Shown: positions 1 through 9,643, numbered from the stretch's first letter. The stretch: 64,000 nt of DNA from Patescibacteria group bacterium (GCA_022711335.1 JAKLFF010000003.1:13508-77507); one strand, 5' to 3'. Notes: a model not told the origin generated them from the sequence alone. A program made the numbers and translations.

Positions 1-65
1 AAAATCATACGATTCTTCGCGCTGCTTTTCCGATAACAATTTAGAGTCGCGGATTAATTCCAAAC

Positions 66-113
66 TCCCCTTCTCCCCTTGGGAGAAGGTGGCCGTAGGC
101 CGGATGAGGGAGG
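66..113. repeat. Family E structured repeat (stem1 CCTTCTC..GAGAAGG, hairpin2 GGCC-gta-GGCC, GAGGGAGG tail), intergenic copy
   Basis: Same three-part architecture as the in-frame copies at 4725-4815 and 11637-11692. Confidence 0.5.
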
Positions 114-146
114 AATCTTTATTAAGCTTTTCTAATTTACTTAGTT

Positions 147-203
147 TTTCCCCTCTCCTGCCCTTCGGGCATCCTCTCCCGAAGGGAGAGGAGGACTTTA
201 ACA
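147..203. repeat. Family E structured repeat, inverted orientation (CCTCTCCC-gaa-GGGAGAGG plus TGCCC-ttcg-GGGCA)
   Basis: Reverse complement gives stem1-hairpin2-GGAGAGGGG tail, matching the other copies. Confidence 0.5.
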
Positions 204-559
204 AAACAGCGCAGGCGACTACCGGCCCGGCTAATGGTCCTCTCCCTGCCTCGTCCACACCAACCACAAAATCATAGCCTTTTTGGGCATATTTTAGCTC
301 AAAATTGAATATTGACTGATTCTTCATAACATGGCAGAATAATATGGTGTTCTTTTTTTAATCCAAGTGAATCTTATCATGAAAGATTGATTCTTGGACA
401 GAAAACTCGAGTTAAAACAAAAAAGAAGCTCCGGACAAACCGGGTCTTTTTTGTTTTGGAAATAAAAAAGAACCCTGACAACATAGCTCGTCTGCTCCAA
501 AGAGTCAGTTAGCATTTTGCTGTCAGGGTCAAACCCGGCAAGTAGATTCAGTGCGGAAT

Positions 560-1042
560 CTACGCCCGCCAGTCGTCCCTTCTGGACTTCGTGTCGACCG
601 CCTGCTTCGTGATGTCGTCGATGGCTATGGAATATCCGATATTGACATAGCTACGCTCCGTTTGACGATTAGCCATCATCGGGCCATCTTCTCCTCGCAG
701 GTCTGTTATCTCGATGAGGGAAAGGCCAGAAAAAGATAATGTCACCGTCCGGTCGTTGGCGGTGATCGCCTTCGATTCCTCCGGAGCGTTTGCTGTGAAC
801 GCGGTTACAGCGGTAGACGCAATAGCCATAGTTGTGGCAGGTGGAGTCGCCAGTCCAGAACAAACGGCCGCAGTATCCCCAACATCGACAGAGCTACCAC
901 CTCCGTTATGCGTCGGAACCGTGATCATCGGCAAAGTAAAAGTGATTTGCGGGTTCATCGCGCCTACCGTCGTCGCGCTCAAAACCATCGCAAGGGTCAA
1001 AAGACAAAGAACCAAACACGGACGACCTCTGTTTCGAACCAT
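560..1042 (-). CDS. hypothetical secreted protein with N-terminal signal peptide and Ala/Thr-rich low complexity; in a ~52% GC island
   Basis: 160-aa ORF preceded by a strong SD (AAAGGAGGAG 5 nt upstream of ATG). Hydrophobic N-terminus. GC is clearly higher than the flanks. Confidence 0.3.
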   Translation of the reverse strand: MVRNRGRPCLVLCLLTLAMVLSATTVGAMNPQITFTLPMITVPTHNGGGSSVDVGDTAAVCSGLATPPATTMAIASTAVTAFTANAPEESKAITANDRTVTLSFSGLSLIEITDLRGEDGPMMANRQTERSYVNIGYSIAIDDITKQAVDTKSRRDDWRA

Positions 1043-1317
1043 CTACTCCTCCTTTTTTTGTGTTCACTTCGGTCGTTCCCTTGCCGGAAACAGTTCCGGC
1101 ACCAATGTGTTGCTTCAATCATACAAAAAAAATAAACACCAGTCAATAAATAAGATTTCGTCAAACCCGATTTTATGCTAAACTATATCTATTGTAAAAA
1201 ATATCCTGCAAGCCCCATGGAGCAATCCGGGAAATGAGGATAAAAAATTATGGATATACTAATACTGCCTTACTAAATATTTTAAACTACTTCTTAGGGG
1301 TAGTTTTTATATTAAAT

Positions 1318-1424
1318 TTAAAAATCAAATCTCAAAATGCAAAATGACAATGTAAAATACAAAATTATTTTTCTTTTTTAATTTTGATTTGTCATTTTTA
1401 TTTTTGATATTTACATTTTGATTT
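1318..1424. repeat. Family G AT-rich palindromic element (AAATGACAATGTAAAATACAAAATT ... TGTCATTTTTATTTTTGATATTTACATTTT), ends at the dnaE ATG
   Basis: Near-identical copy at 16725-16830. Internal inverted repeat. Confidence 0.6.
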
Positions 1425-4400
1425 ATGAAATTCACACATCTTCACGTCCACAGTCACTACAGCCTTTTAGATGGTCTTGCCAAGATCGATGATCTTTTGA
1501 ACCGCGCCAAGGAACTGGGAATGGAGTCTCTCGCCATTACTGATCACGGGGTTCTTTACGGCGGAATTGAATTTTATATCAAAGCCAAAGAAAAAGGCAT
1601 TAAGCCGATCATCGGCTGCGAAATGTATGTTACTGCTGGAGATTATTTGAGCAAAAACAATACAACGGAAGACAAAACCCGCCATCACTTGATTCTGCTT
1701 TGTAAAAATGAAAAAGGTTACAAGAATTTAATGAAGCTTATTTCCATCGCACATTTGGAAGGATTCTATTACAAGCCAAGAATCAACAAAGAGCTTTTGC
1801 GTAAACATTCAGAAGGCCTGATTGGACTTTCTGCCTGTGCCGAAGGCGAAGTTCCCGCTGCTGCTATTTCCGGAGATCTCGAAAAAGCTGAAAAGCTAGC
1901 GCTGGAATATCAAAAAATTTTTGGCAAAGGCAATTTTTATCTCGAAATACAATATCATCCAAAATTCGAAAAACAAGCCATTGCCAACAAAGCTCTCGTT
2001 GAAATATCAAAAAAACATAATATTCCTCTCATTGCAACAAATGATATCCATTACGTCAAAAAGGAAGACGCGCCAATCCAGGATATTTTGCTTTGCATCC
2101 AGACCAACCGGAAAGTAACCGAAACAAACCGGATGAATCTCATGGATTTTGAACTCTATCTCAAGAGCCCGGAAGAAATGGCCGCTCATTTCAAAGATAT
2201 TCCCGAAGCGCTGGAAAATTCCCAAAAAATTGTCGACGCCTGCAATTTGGAAATAAGATTGGGCGAAACCCAGCTTCCCCATTTTGACGTTCCAAAGGGA
2301 TTTACCGCCAAATCCTATCTCCGAAAACTGGTTGAGGAAGGATTTGGAAAAAGATTTGGCAAAAATATAACAGAAGAACATAAAAACAGAATGGAATATG
2401 AGCTGGGAATCATCGAAAAAACCGGCTTTGCTTCCTACTTTTTGATCGTCCAGGACTTTGTCAACTGGGCCAAGGAACAAGGCATCGTTGTCGGCCCGGG
2501 CCGCGGATCAGCCGCTGGAAGTTTTGTTTCCTATCTTATCGGCATCACTAACATCGACCCGATAAAATACGACTTGCTTTTTGAACGTTTTTTAAATCCG
2601 GAGCGGATTTCTATGCCTGATGTCGACATGGATTTTGCCGATGACCGGCGCGATGAAGTTTTGGATTATGTCCGGGAAAAATATGGCAACGATCATGTGG
2701 CGCAGATCATTACCTTTGGAACTATGGCCGCGCGCGCCGCTATCCGCGATGCCGGCCGGGCGCTTGGGCTGCCCTACGACTTTTGCGACAAGACTGCTAA
2801 AATGATTCCTATGTTTTCCACTATTCCCAAAGCTATCGAAGAAGTAAAAGAATTTTCCGATTTTTATGGAAGCGGTCCGGATGCCAAAAAACTGATTGAC
2901 AGCGCGGCACGCCTTGAAGGCGTAGTCCGCCATGCGTCAATGCACGCCTGCGGAGTGGTCATTACAAAAGATCCAGTTGTTGAATATTCTCCTTTGCAAA
3001 AAATTATCGGAAAAGAATCCGGAGCGGTCACGCAATATTCATCTTCCACCAAATCCAGTTATATTGAAAAAATCGGCCTTCTTAAGATGGATTTTTTGGG
3101 GCTGAAAAATCTTACCATCATCCAAAATACTCTCCGCATTGTTCGAAAAATTCACCCTGTTGAATACGCCGCGAAGCGGCGTCCGCCAGAGGCGGAATTC
3201 AACAGGGTAAAAAATTCGGAAATTACCATAGATGATATCCCGCTAGACGACAAAAAAACTTTCGAGCTTTTGCAAAAAGCCAACACGACCGGAGTATTCC
3301 AGTTAGAAAGTTCCGGCATGAAAAGATATCTAAAACAGCTTGCGCCCAATGTTTTTGAAGATATTATTGCTATGGTCGCGCTTTATCGTCCGGGACCGAT
3401 GGATTGGATTCCGGATTTTATCGCCAGAAAGCATGGAGAAAGAGAAATTCGCTATCTCCACCCCGCCTTAAAACCTATTTTGGAAAAAACTTACGGCGTT
3501 GCGGTTTATCAGGAACAAATTATGCAAATCGCCCAGCAGCTGGCCGGATTCTCTTTGGGAGAAGCGGATGTGCTGCGAAAAGCGGTCGGAAAAAAAATCT
3601 TCGCGCTGGTTCAGGAACAAAAGCAAAAATTTATTGAAGGCTGCATCAGCCAAGGCGTAGCAAAGAATGTCGCCGAAAAAGTTTTTTCTTTTATTGAGCC
3701 TTTTGCCGGATACGGTTTTAACAGAAGCCATGCCGCGTGTTATGCGCTCATTGGATATCAAACCGCTTATCTCAAGGCTCATTTCCCTGCTCCATTTATG
3801 GCCGCGCTTCTCACATCCGATCAGGATAATATCGATCGAGTGGCCATTGAAGTCGCCGAGTGCATTGAAATGGGTATTGAGGTTCTTCCTCCTGATGTCA
3901 ATGAAAGTTTTGAGGAATTTGCCGTTATTATGGATAACGGCAAAGCCAGAATCCGCTTCGGCTTAAACGCCATCAAAAACGTCGGCCACACGATCGCCCA
4001 TGAAATTGTTGAAGAGCGAAAAAGAAATGGAAAATTCAAAAACATTACGGACTTCATTGAAAGAATCCAGCACAAAGATCTCAACAAAAAATCCATCGAA
4101 GCCCTGGCCAAAGTCGGAGCGCTCGAAGAAATGGGAGAAAGAAACCAAATCATAGCATCGATTGAAATTATTCTCGCTCACTCCAAAAATATCCAGAAAA
4201 TCAAAAATTCCAACCAGGAAAGCCTTTTCAGCGCTGAAGAAATTTCTCTTCCGGAAATCAAGATGGCTTCTTCAGAACCGGCTGAAAAAAAACAGCGCCT
4301 CGCTTGGGAAAAAGAGCTTCTCGGCCTTTATATCAGCGACCATCCGGTCAAAGAATACATCGAGTATCTCAATAAAATGGCTATCCGGATCAGAGATATA

Positions 4401-5045
4401 AATTCAGCGTATGTAGGAAGAAATATCAATGTCGGTGGCGTAATTTCCAAGGTCCAGAAAATTTTTCTCAAAAATCAAAAAACGATGCTATTTGTCACAA
4501 TCGAAGATATTGATTCGCGGATGGAACTCCTGGTTTTTCCAAAAGTCCTGGAAAATAACGGATCGGTCTTTGAAGAAGAGAAAGTGATTCTCGCAACCGG
4601 AAAAGTATCTGATAAAGACGGAAGTTTCAAAATTCTCCTCGACAGCGCCAAAGTCATAACCCCGCAGGAACTGGAAAAATTCAAAAGAATTTTAGCCACG
4701 CAGAAAAATAATACTTCTCATAATCCTCCTCTCCCCTCGGGAGAGGACTCGCCTCGATTCGACGAGACATCTTATCGAGTCGAAGCGGGTGTCCGAAGGA
4801 CAGGAGAGGGAGAAACTAAAAATAATCAGAATTCTAAATTAATCATTACCCTCCCGCCGAATTTTTCCAAAGAAATCCTGAAAAAACTTTCCGCGCATTT
4901 TGACAAGTGCCAGCTGGGATCAATGAAAGTTTATCTCAAAATCGGCACAACTACCTTGGAAACGCCTTATTGCATCAAAGAAATCGATGGCATAGAGCAA
5001 GATCTCAAAAACATTGTACCAGATGGAAAAATTGAGATAAGTTAG
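1425..5045 (+). CDS. dnaE: DNA polymerase III alpha subunit (PHP domain N-terminus), carrying two in-frame repeat insertions
   Basis: 1206 aa. Begins with a PHP motif (HLHVHSHYSLLDG) and has polymerase core motifs throughout. Confidence 0.95.
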   Translation: MKFTHLHVHSHYSLLDGLAKIDDLLNRAKELGMESLAITDHGVLYGGIEFYIKAKEKGIKPIIGCEMYVTAGDYLSKNNTTEDKTRHHLILLCKNEKGYKNLMKLISIAHLEGFYYKPRINKELLRKHSEGLIGLSACAEGEVPAAAISGDLEKAEKLALEYQKIFGKGNFYLEIQYHPKFEKQAIANKALVEISKKHNIPLIATNDIHYVKKEDAPIQDILLCIQTNRKVTETNRMNLMDFELYLKSPEEMAAHFKDIPEALENSQKIVDACNLEIRLGETQLPHFDVPKGFTAKSYLRKLVEEGFGKRFGKNITEEHKNRMEYELGIIEKTGFASYFLIVQDFVNWAKEQGIVVGPGRGSAAGSFVSYLIGITNIDPIKYDLLFERFLNPERISMPDVDMDFADDRRDEVLDYVREKYGNDHVAQIITFGTMAARAAIRDAGRALGLPYDFCDKTAKMIPMFSTIPKAIEEVKEFSDFYGSGPDAKKLIDSAARLEGVVRHASMHACGVVITKDPVVEYSPLQKIIGKESGAVTQYSSSTKSSYIEKIGLLKMDFLGLKNLTIIQNTLRIVRKIHPVEYAAKRRPPEAEFNRVKNSEITIDDIPLDDKKTFELLQKANTTGVFQLESSGMKRYLKQLAPNVFEDIIAMVALYRPGPMDWIPDFIARKHGEREIRYLHPALKPILEKTYGVAVYQEQIMQIAQQLAGFSLGEADVLRKAVGKKIFALVQEQKQKFIEGCISQGVAKNVAEKVFSFIEPFAGYGFNRSHAACYALIGYQTAYLKAHFPAPFMAALLTSDQDNIDRVAIEVAECIEMGIEVLPPDVNESFEEFAVIMDNGKARIRFGLNAIKNVGHTIAHEIVEERKRNGKFKNITDFIERIQHKDLNKKSIEALAKVGALEEMGERNQIIASIEIILAHSKNIQKIKNSNQESLFSAEEISLPEIKMASSEPAEKKQRLAWEKELLGLYISDHPVKEYIEYLNKMAIRIRDINSAYVGRNINVGGVISKVQKIFLKNQKTMLFVTIEDIDSRMELLVFPKVLENNGSVFEEEKVILATGKVSDKDGSFKILLDSAKVITPQELEKFKRILATQKNNTSHNPPLPSGEDSPRFDETSYRVEAGVRRTGEGETKNNQNSKLIITLPPNFSKEILKKLSAHFDKCQLGSMKVYLKIGTTTLETPYCIKEIDGIEQDLKNIVPDGKIEIS
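3152..3212. repeat. Family F structured repeat inserted in-frame in dnaE (outer stem ACCCTGTTGAAT/ATTCAACAGGGT enclosing hairpins CGCCGCgaaGCGGCG and TCCGCCagagGCGGA)
   Basis: ~62-nt near-identical copy in miaA at 11878-11940. Both encode ..KRRPPEAEFN.VKN.. Confidence 0.75.
4725..4815. repeat. Family E structured repeat inserted in-frame in dnaE (encodes [33 protein letters not shown])
   Basis: CCTCTCCC-ctcg-GGGAGAGG stem, an imperfect internal hairpin, and a GGAGAGGGAGAA tail identical to the miaA copy. Confidence 0.7.
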
Positions 5046-5062
5046 AAATTAATTTCACCGAA

Positions 5063-5100
5063 AAAGCCGGCTATCTCGACGATACCCGGCTCTATTTTTT
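5063..5100. terminator. bidirectional intrinsic terminator between dnaE and the convergent gene
   Basis: Imperfect GC hairpin GCCGGCTATC..GATACCCGGC followed by a T-run, with an A-run on the other side. Confidence 0.5.
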
Positions 5101-5116
5101 AGCAAATTTTGATTCT

Positions 5117-6064
5117 TTACAAAACACCTTCTTTCCCATCCACGGTAATTTCAATATTTTTAACCGTCGGAAATTGCTTTAGCGTCTGGGTTATCTGCGC
5201 TTTGATTATTTCTTTTTCGCAAGAACCTCCTGCCCCATCAACTAGCTCATGGCTGAAATCAACTCTGGCAATTCCTCCCGCGATTGTGATTTTGTTCGCT
5301 TTCGCGTCCCGGCTTATCTGGGAAAAATATCCGTCGTCTTCTTCAGTTGCATAAGTTCCCCGGATCAATTCCAAAAGAGATTCTTTGGCCACGCCGGAAA
5401 CTTTCGGAATCCTTCTCGAAGCCTCATAAACTTCTCCGCAATTTTGGGCATCCGGATCTTCCTTTCTGTTTCCAAAAAACACTTTGACATTCGTTGATTC
5501 CACTTTTTTGAATATGACAGGAATTTCTACTTCGTTTATTTCTGATCCGTCTTTAGCGCTATATTCAAAAACCTCTATTTTCCCCTCTTTTCCTTTCGGC
5601 TCTAAATAATTAAATGATGCTTCAAATGGCCCGAATTCTCCGATATCGGCACCCTCCACTGTTATATAGTTTTCAAGAAGTATCCTGTCATCAGAATCCT
5701 TAATTCTGTAGTTAAATGTGTTTTCAAATACTCTCGCTTTGCCTTTTATCGTTATCGGCAAGCCAACCGCCTCGTTGGCTTTCGGAAAATCAACGATAAT
5801 ATTTTTTTCTTCAGCATTATTTCCTGTTTCTGCTTTCTTTTCCTGATTATCCGCTTCAGTTTTTTGGGCTTGATTTGCCGCTTTTTTCGCTATTTCACCA
5901 CATCCGGTAGTTGGTGCCGGCGCGCTAGGATTTCCATGCTTCACCCATTGGCCATTCTGACAAATCCAATCGTCCTCCCCGCTAAAAAATCTCATTCCCA
6001 ATATAACAAAAAATATTATAATTAAAACTGAAACGACAAGTATAACTGCTTTTTTATTGGACAT
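5117..6064 (-). CDS. membrane-anchored protein, possibly Gmad2 Ig-like plus GerMN-like domains
   Basis: N-terminal TM helix. Domain call comes from sequence pattern only. Confidence 0.45.
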   Translation of the reverse strand: MSNKKAVILVVSVLIIIFFVILGMRFFSGEDDWICQNGQWVKHGNPSAPAPTTGCGEIAKKAANQAQKTEADNQEKKAETGNNAEEKNIIVDFPKANEAVGLPITIKGKARVFENTFNYRIKDSDDRILLENYITVEGADIGEFGPFEASFNYLEPKGKEGKIEVFEYSAKDGSEINEVEIPVIFKKVESTNVKVFFGNRKEDPDAQNCGEVYEASRRIPKVSGVAKESLLELIRGTYATEEDDGYFSQISRDAKANKITIAGGIARVDFSHELVDGAGGSCEKEIIKAQITQTLKQFPTVKNIEITVDGKEGVL

Positions 6065-7304
6065 ATTTGATTGATTTTAAAATTAAATCGAATTGTTCCA
6101 CTATATCGCTGGAAAGAGAAGCACCGATGTCCTTATAGCTGAAAAATATGGTGTGAGCCGTTCCATTTTTCTCAAAACTGGTAAGAACCAGCCTTTCATT
6201 GCCGGAAAATGAGGGATCGATTTCCGGATTGGCTATGTAAGTGGTGACTGTCGTATTTTTACAGGCAATTTTAACTGTTTTTTTAGGGCCGAGCTTGTAG
6301 TTTTCCAGTCCAAATGCCGCCATGTCGCTTTTAATCTGAAAAGTCATCGCTTCGCCTTTGTCTCCCATGACCAAATTATTAGAATTGGAATTTTTTATCT
6401 TCCAATCGTTCGGATACATAAGGCTGAAACCGTATTTGTTATTCGTAAATGTTTCCCAGCCTTTCATATTGAGTTTGTCTTCGTCAGTCAAAGCCAGCGG
6501 GCAATCATCTAAACCGGCAGAAGTTTTATTGATCAGCGTTACGGATTCAAGAATTTTTTCCGTTGTTTTGATATAAGAAAGATTCGGATCGATTCCTGGT
6601 CCGCCATAAGTATCCTCTCGGCTTCCAAAATTAGCACCGAAGATATATTCTCCGTCTGCAGTCTTGCTTGAGTTGACTGCGCCAAAAAAGATTTCATGAA
6701 TTTTTCCCTCATATAAAAGCTGTTCTACTTTCACGTCAGTGTCCAGGACAGTTAAAGTGCCTATTTTCTTTATTTCCCCTGCTCCAACGCCAGTTCTGTC
6801 GGAAATATAAAAGCTGTCATTTTTTCCTTTCAGTCCGAAATGAAGAAAATATTTTTTATCCGGAGTGTCAATGGTGATATTTTTGACATTCGCTTCTGTC
6901 ACTTCGCTAATGCCATCAGTCTCTTTCAAATTCCAGTCAGCCGGATATCGAAGAGCATATCCGATTTCTGAATTGGCGTAGGTCTTCCAGCCGGGATATG
7001 CGTCTGCTGCTGCTTCCTCTGGAACAGCAGTATTTTCATTGCTTATTTGTTTTTCTCCTGTTTTTTCATCCGTCTTTTGCAAGTTCTCAATCTGCGATCT
7101 TAGACTGGATACTTCCTTATCTTTTTGATAATATTTATTCCATATGAAAAATCCCGACACTACGATAACAAAACCCAAGGCCAATCCCGCCACCAGCCAT
7201 TCTGCAATTTTTTCTCCGCTATCTTCATCATCCGCAGACACATCCTCTTCGCGGATTCTTAGATTATTTCCGTTATTTACTTCTTTAAGTTGTTTTTCGT
7301 TCAC
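6054..7304 (-). CDS. hypothetical membrane-anchored protein with two internal repeats (YP[AN]DW[NK])
   Basis: 416-aa ORF with one TM helix and duplicated ~150-aa domains. Confidence 0.45.
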   Translation of the reverse strand: MNEKQLKEVNNGNNLRIREEDVSADDEDSGEKIAEWLVAGLALGFVIVVSGFFIWNKYYQKDKEVSSLRSQIENLQKTDEKTGEKQISNENTAVPEEAAADAYPGWKTYANSEIGYALRYPADWNLKETDGISEVTEANVKNITIDTPDKKYFLHFGLKGKNDSFYISDRTGVGAGEIKKIGTLTVLDTDVKVEQLLYEGKIHEIFFGAVNSSKTADGEYIFGANFGSREDTYGGPGIDPNLSYIKTTEKILESVTLINKTSAGLDDCPLALTDEDKLNMKGWETFTNNKYGFSLMYPNDWKIKNSNSNNLVMGDKGEAMTFQIKSDMAAFGLENYKLGPKKTVKIACKNTTVTTYIANPEIDPSFSGNERLVLTSFEKNGTAHTIFFSYKDIGASLSSDIVEQFDLILKSIKYVQ

Positions 7305-7348
7305 TTTTTTATCTATTATTTTTTTATATTAATATTATACCATAAAAA

Positions 7349-7376
7349 TTGACTATTCCAATCATTTATGTATAAT
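7349..7376 (+). promoter_or_regulatory. sigma70-like promoter TTGACT-N16-TATAAT driving the thrS leader
   Basis: Good -35/-10 match about 8 nt upstream of the leader start. Confidence 0.5.
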
Positions 7377-7383
7377 GATAATA

Positions 7384-7527
7384 GAAAAACTGAATGCCGC
7401 GCTGACGCGGATTCACCAACCGCTGAGCAGCTGCTAAAAGTTAGCAAAATAACTTAAGAAAGTGTCCGCCGATAAGGCGGAAACTTGGGTGGAACCGCGG
7501 GATTTTATCCGCCGATGAGGCGAAAAT
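7384..7527 (+). promoter_or_regulatory. probable T-box riboswitch leader (T-box motif AACTTGGGTGGAACCGCGGG at ~7484-7503; candidate specifier ACC in TTCACCAACC)
   Basis: Close match to the T-box consensus AAnnnGGGTGGnACCGCG. A promoter lies upstream and a terminator follows directly, with thrS downstream. Confidence 0.5.
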
Positions 7528-7590
7528 AAAAGAACCCCGTCCCAAGAATCTGGCTGTTTTCAGATTTTTGTGACGGGGTTTTGCTTTGAT
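7528..7590. terminator. intrinsic terminator (AACCCCGTC..GACGGGGTT plus T-run); T-box terminator, and bidirectional for the convergent small ORF
   Basis: Long interrupted hairpin followed by TTTTGCTTTG. Confidence 0.6.
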
Positions 7591-7591
7591 G

Positions 7592-7825
7592 TCATAATAC
7601 ATCCGCCTGAATGCTGATTTGGGTAATCCTGACGCCAACTCCTCCGTATTTAATTGTAGTTCCGCATACAGGACAATGCATAGTTTGAATGGGTATGATC
7701 ATGTTATACCCGCTGCTTTTTCCTCCTAGCGTTGAATTGCTGTTGTAATACAATTCCCCAGAAACAGGAACATCTTCAGTACAATTCTGATTGCCACAGG
7801 GCAAAAGTACTATAATCCTTTTCAT
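7592..7825 (-). CDS. small zinc-ribbon protein (C-x4-C ... C-x2-C), hypothetical
   Basis: 77 aa. Strong SD (AGGAGG, 5-nt spacer). Convergent with the T-box transcript. Confidence 0.35.
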   Translation of the reverse strand: MKRIIVLLPCGNQNCTEDVPVSGELYYNSNSTLGGKSSGYNMIIPIQTMHCPVCGTTIKYGGVGVRITQISIQADVL

Positions 7826-7900
7826 CTGATCCTCCTTATTTTCAGATCAATGGTTAATGTGTCAACATATACAAATTAAGTTAACATAACAAATAAATTT

Positions 7901-9643
7901 ATGTCAAAAAAATCTACCCCTAACAATTTAGAAATTCTCCGCCATAGCGCATCCCATGTTCTGGCGGCCGCCGTTTTAGAAATGTTTCCCGAAGCGCGCT
8001 TTGGCATCGGACCGGCCATTGAAAACGGGTTTTATTATGATTTTGATCTTCCTCGGACGCTCATTCCGGAAGATTTGCCTCTCCTTGAAGAAAAAATGAA
8101 AGCCATTATTAAAGCCAATCATCCGTTCGAAAGAGCGGAAATTTCCGCAAAAGAAGCATTAGATGATTTTAAAAAACTTGGGCAAGATTATAAAGTTGAG
8201 CTTATTAAAGATCTAGAAAATGAAGGAGAAAAAAAAGTCTCTGTCTATAAAACCGGGGTTTTTGTCGATCTTTGCACCGGACCACATCTGGATTCAACTG
8301 GAGAAATTCCAGCAGATGCGATGAAGCTCACCAAAATTTCCGGCGCCTATTGGAAAGGCGACGAAAAAAACAAAATGTTGCAAAGAATTTATGGCGTGGC
8401 CTTTGAGAATCAAAAAGAACTGGAAAATTATTTAAAAATGCTAGAAGAAGCTGAAAAGAGAAATCACGTTAAGCTGGGAAAACAGTTAAAGCTTTTTTCT
8501 ATCCATCCCGAGGGCCCCGGTTTCCCCTTTTTTCATCCCAAAGGAATGATAATCTGGAATGAATTGATTAAATATTGGCAAGAGGAACACGAAAAAGAAG
8601 GATACCAAGAAATCAACACTCCGATTATTCTTAAAAAAGAACTTTGGGAAAAAAGCGGGCACTGGGACCATTACAAAGACAGTATGTATTTTACAAAAAT
8701 AGATGCTATCGATTATGCCGTAAAGCCCATGAATTGCCCGGGCGGAATACTTATCTACAAATCCGACCTGCATAGTTACAAAGAGCTTCCCTTAAAGCTC
8801 GCTGAAATCGGCCTTGTTCACCGGCATGAACTTTCCGGAACGCTTAACGGCCTTTTCAGAGTCAGGATGTTCCGCCAAGATGACGCTCACATTTATTGCA
8901 CGGAAAGTCAGATAGGAGAAGAAGTCATGAAACTAATAAAGCTTATCGACCGGATATATAAAACTTTCGGCCTTTCCTATCATATAGAGCTTTCGACACG
9001 GCCTCTAAAATCAACTGGTACCGACAAAATGTGGAAAACAGCTGAAAAAGCGCTGGGCGACGCACTTGATAAGATGAAGATTGATTACAAGCTCAACCCG
9101 GGAGACGGGGCTTTCTATGGACCAAAGATTGATTTCCATATCAAAGACGCGATTGGAAGAACGTGGCAATGCGGAACAATCCAGCTTGATTTTTCGATGC
9201 CAGAGCGCTTTAAGCTTTCTTATATTGGAGAAGACGGTAAAGAACATCGGCCGGTAATGCTTCATCGAGTTATTTATGGAGCGGTAGAAAGATTTATGGG
9301 TATTCTCATCGAACACTACGCCGGGGCCTTTCCCGTCTGGCTTTCGCCTGTTCAAGTAATGCTTATTCCGGTCAGCGAAAAATTCAAAAAATACGCCCAT
9401 TCCGTAGAGACGCAATTTATTGCGTCTAATATTCGCATTAAAGTTGACGATTCTGACGAGACTCTTGGCAAGCACATCGCCGAAGCCGAAAAGCAAAAAA
9501 TTCCATATATGGTTGTGGTGGGAGAGAAAGAAGAAAAAGATAATTTGGTTGCAATCAGAACTCGCGGAGAGAAAAAACAAGAAACGATGAAAATTGATGA
9601 ATTTATTGAAAAGATCAGAAAGGAAATTGACGAAAAGAAATAG
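7901..9643 (+). CDS. thrS: threonyl-tRNA synthetase (no N-terminal TGS domain)
   Basis: 580 aa with N2/editing, class II catalytic core and anticodon-binding domains. Confidence 0.95.
   Translation: MSKKSTPNNLEILRHSASHVLAAAVLEMFPEARFGIGPAIENGFYYDFDLPRTLIPEDLPLLEEKMKAIIKANHPFERAEISAKEALDDFKKLGQDYKVELIKDLENEGEKKVSVYKTGVFVDLCTGPHLDSTGEIPADAMKLTKISGAYWKGDEKNKMLQRIYGVAFENQKELENYLKMLEEAEKRNHVKLGKQLKLFSIHPEGPGFPFFHPKGMIIWNELIKYWQEEHEKEGYQEINTPIILKKELWEKSGHWDHYKDSMYFTKIDAIDYAVKPMNCPGGILIYKSDLHSYKELPLKLAEIGLVHRHELSGTLNGLFRVRMFRQDDAHIYCTESQIGEEVMKLIKLIDRIYKTFGLSYHIELSTRPLKSTGTDKMWKTAEKALGDALDKMKIDYKLNPGDGAFYGPKIDFHIKDAIGRTWQCGTIQLDFSMPERFKLSYIGEDGKEHRPVMLHRVIYGAVERFMGILIEHYAGAFPVWLSPVQVMLIPVSEKFKKYAHSVETQFIASNIRIKVDDSDETLGKHIAEAEKQKIPYMVVVGEKEEKDNLVAIRTRGEKKQETMKIDEFIEKIRKEIDEKK

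Noticed and set aside
89-277. 62-aa ORF at the window start (PLPSGE / LPKGEE peptides)
   Set aside because: It is a translation of the two Family E hairpin repeats. There is no SD and no coding context.
430-560. Possible small RNA (tmRNA or SRP-like) ending GCCCGCCA with hairpins
   Set aside because: No tmRNA tag frame or T-arm, and no SRP domain IV motif. It is more likely terminator-type hairpins.
560-1181. Plus-strand ORFs 551-739 and 714-1181 overlapping the GC-rich island
   Set aside because: Only the minus-strand ORF has an SD and a signal peptide. The plus ORFs are probably high-GC frame artefacts.
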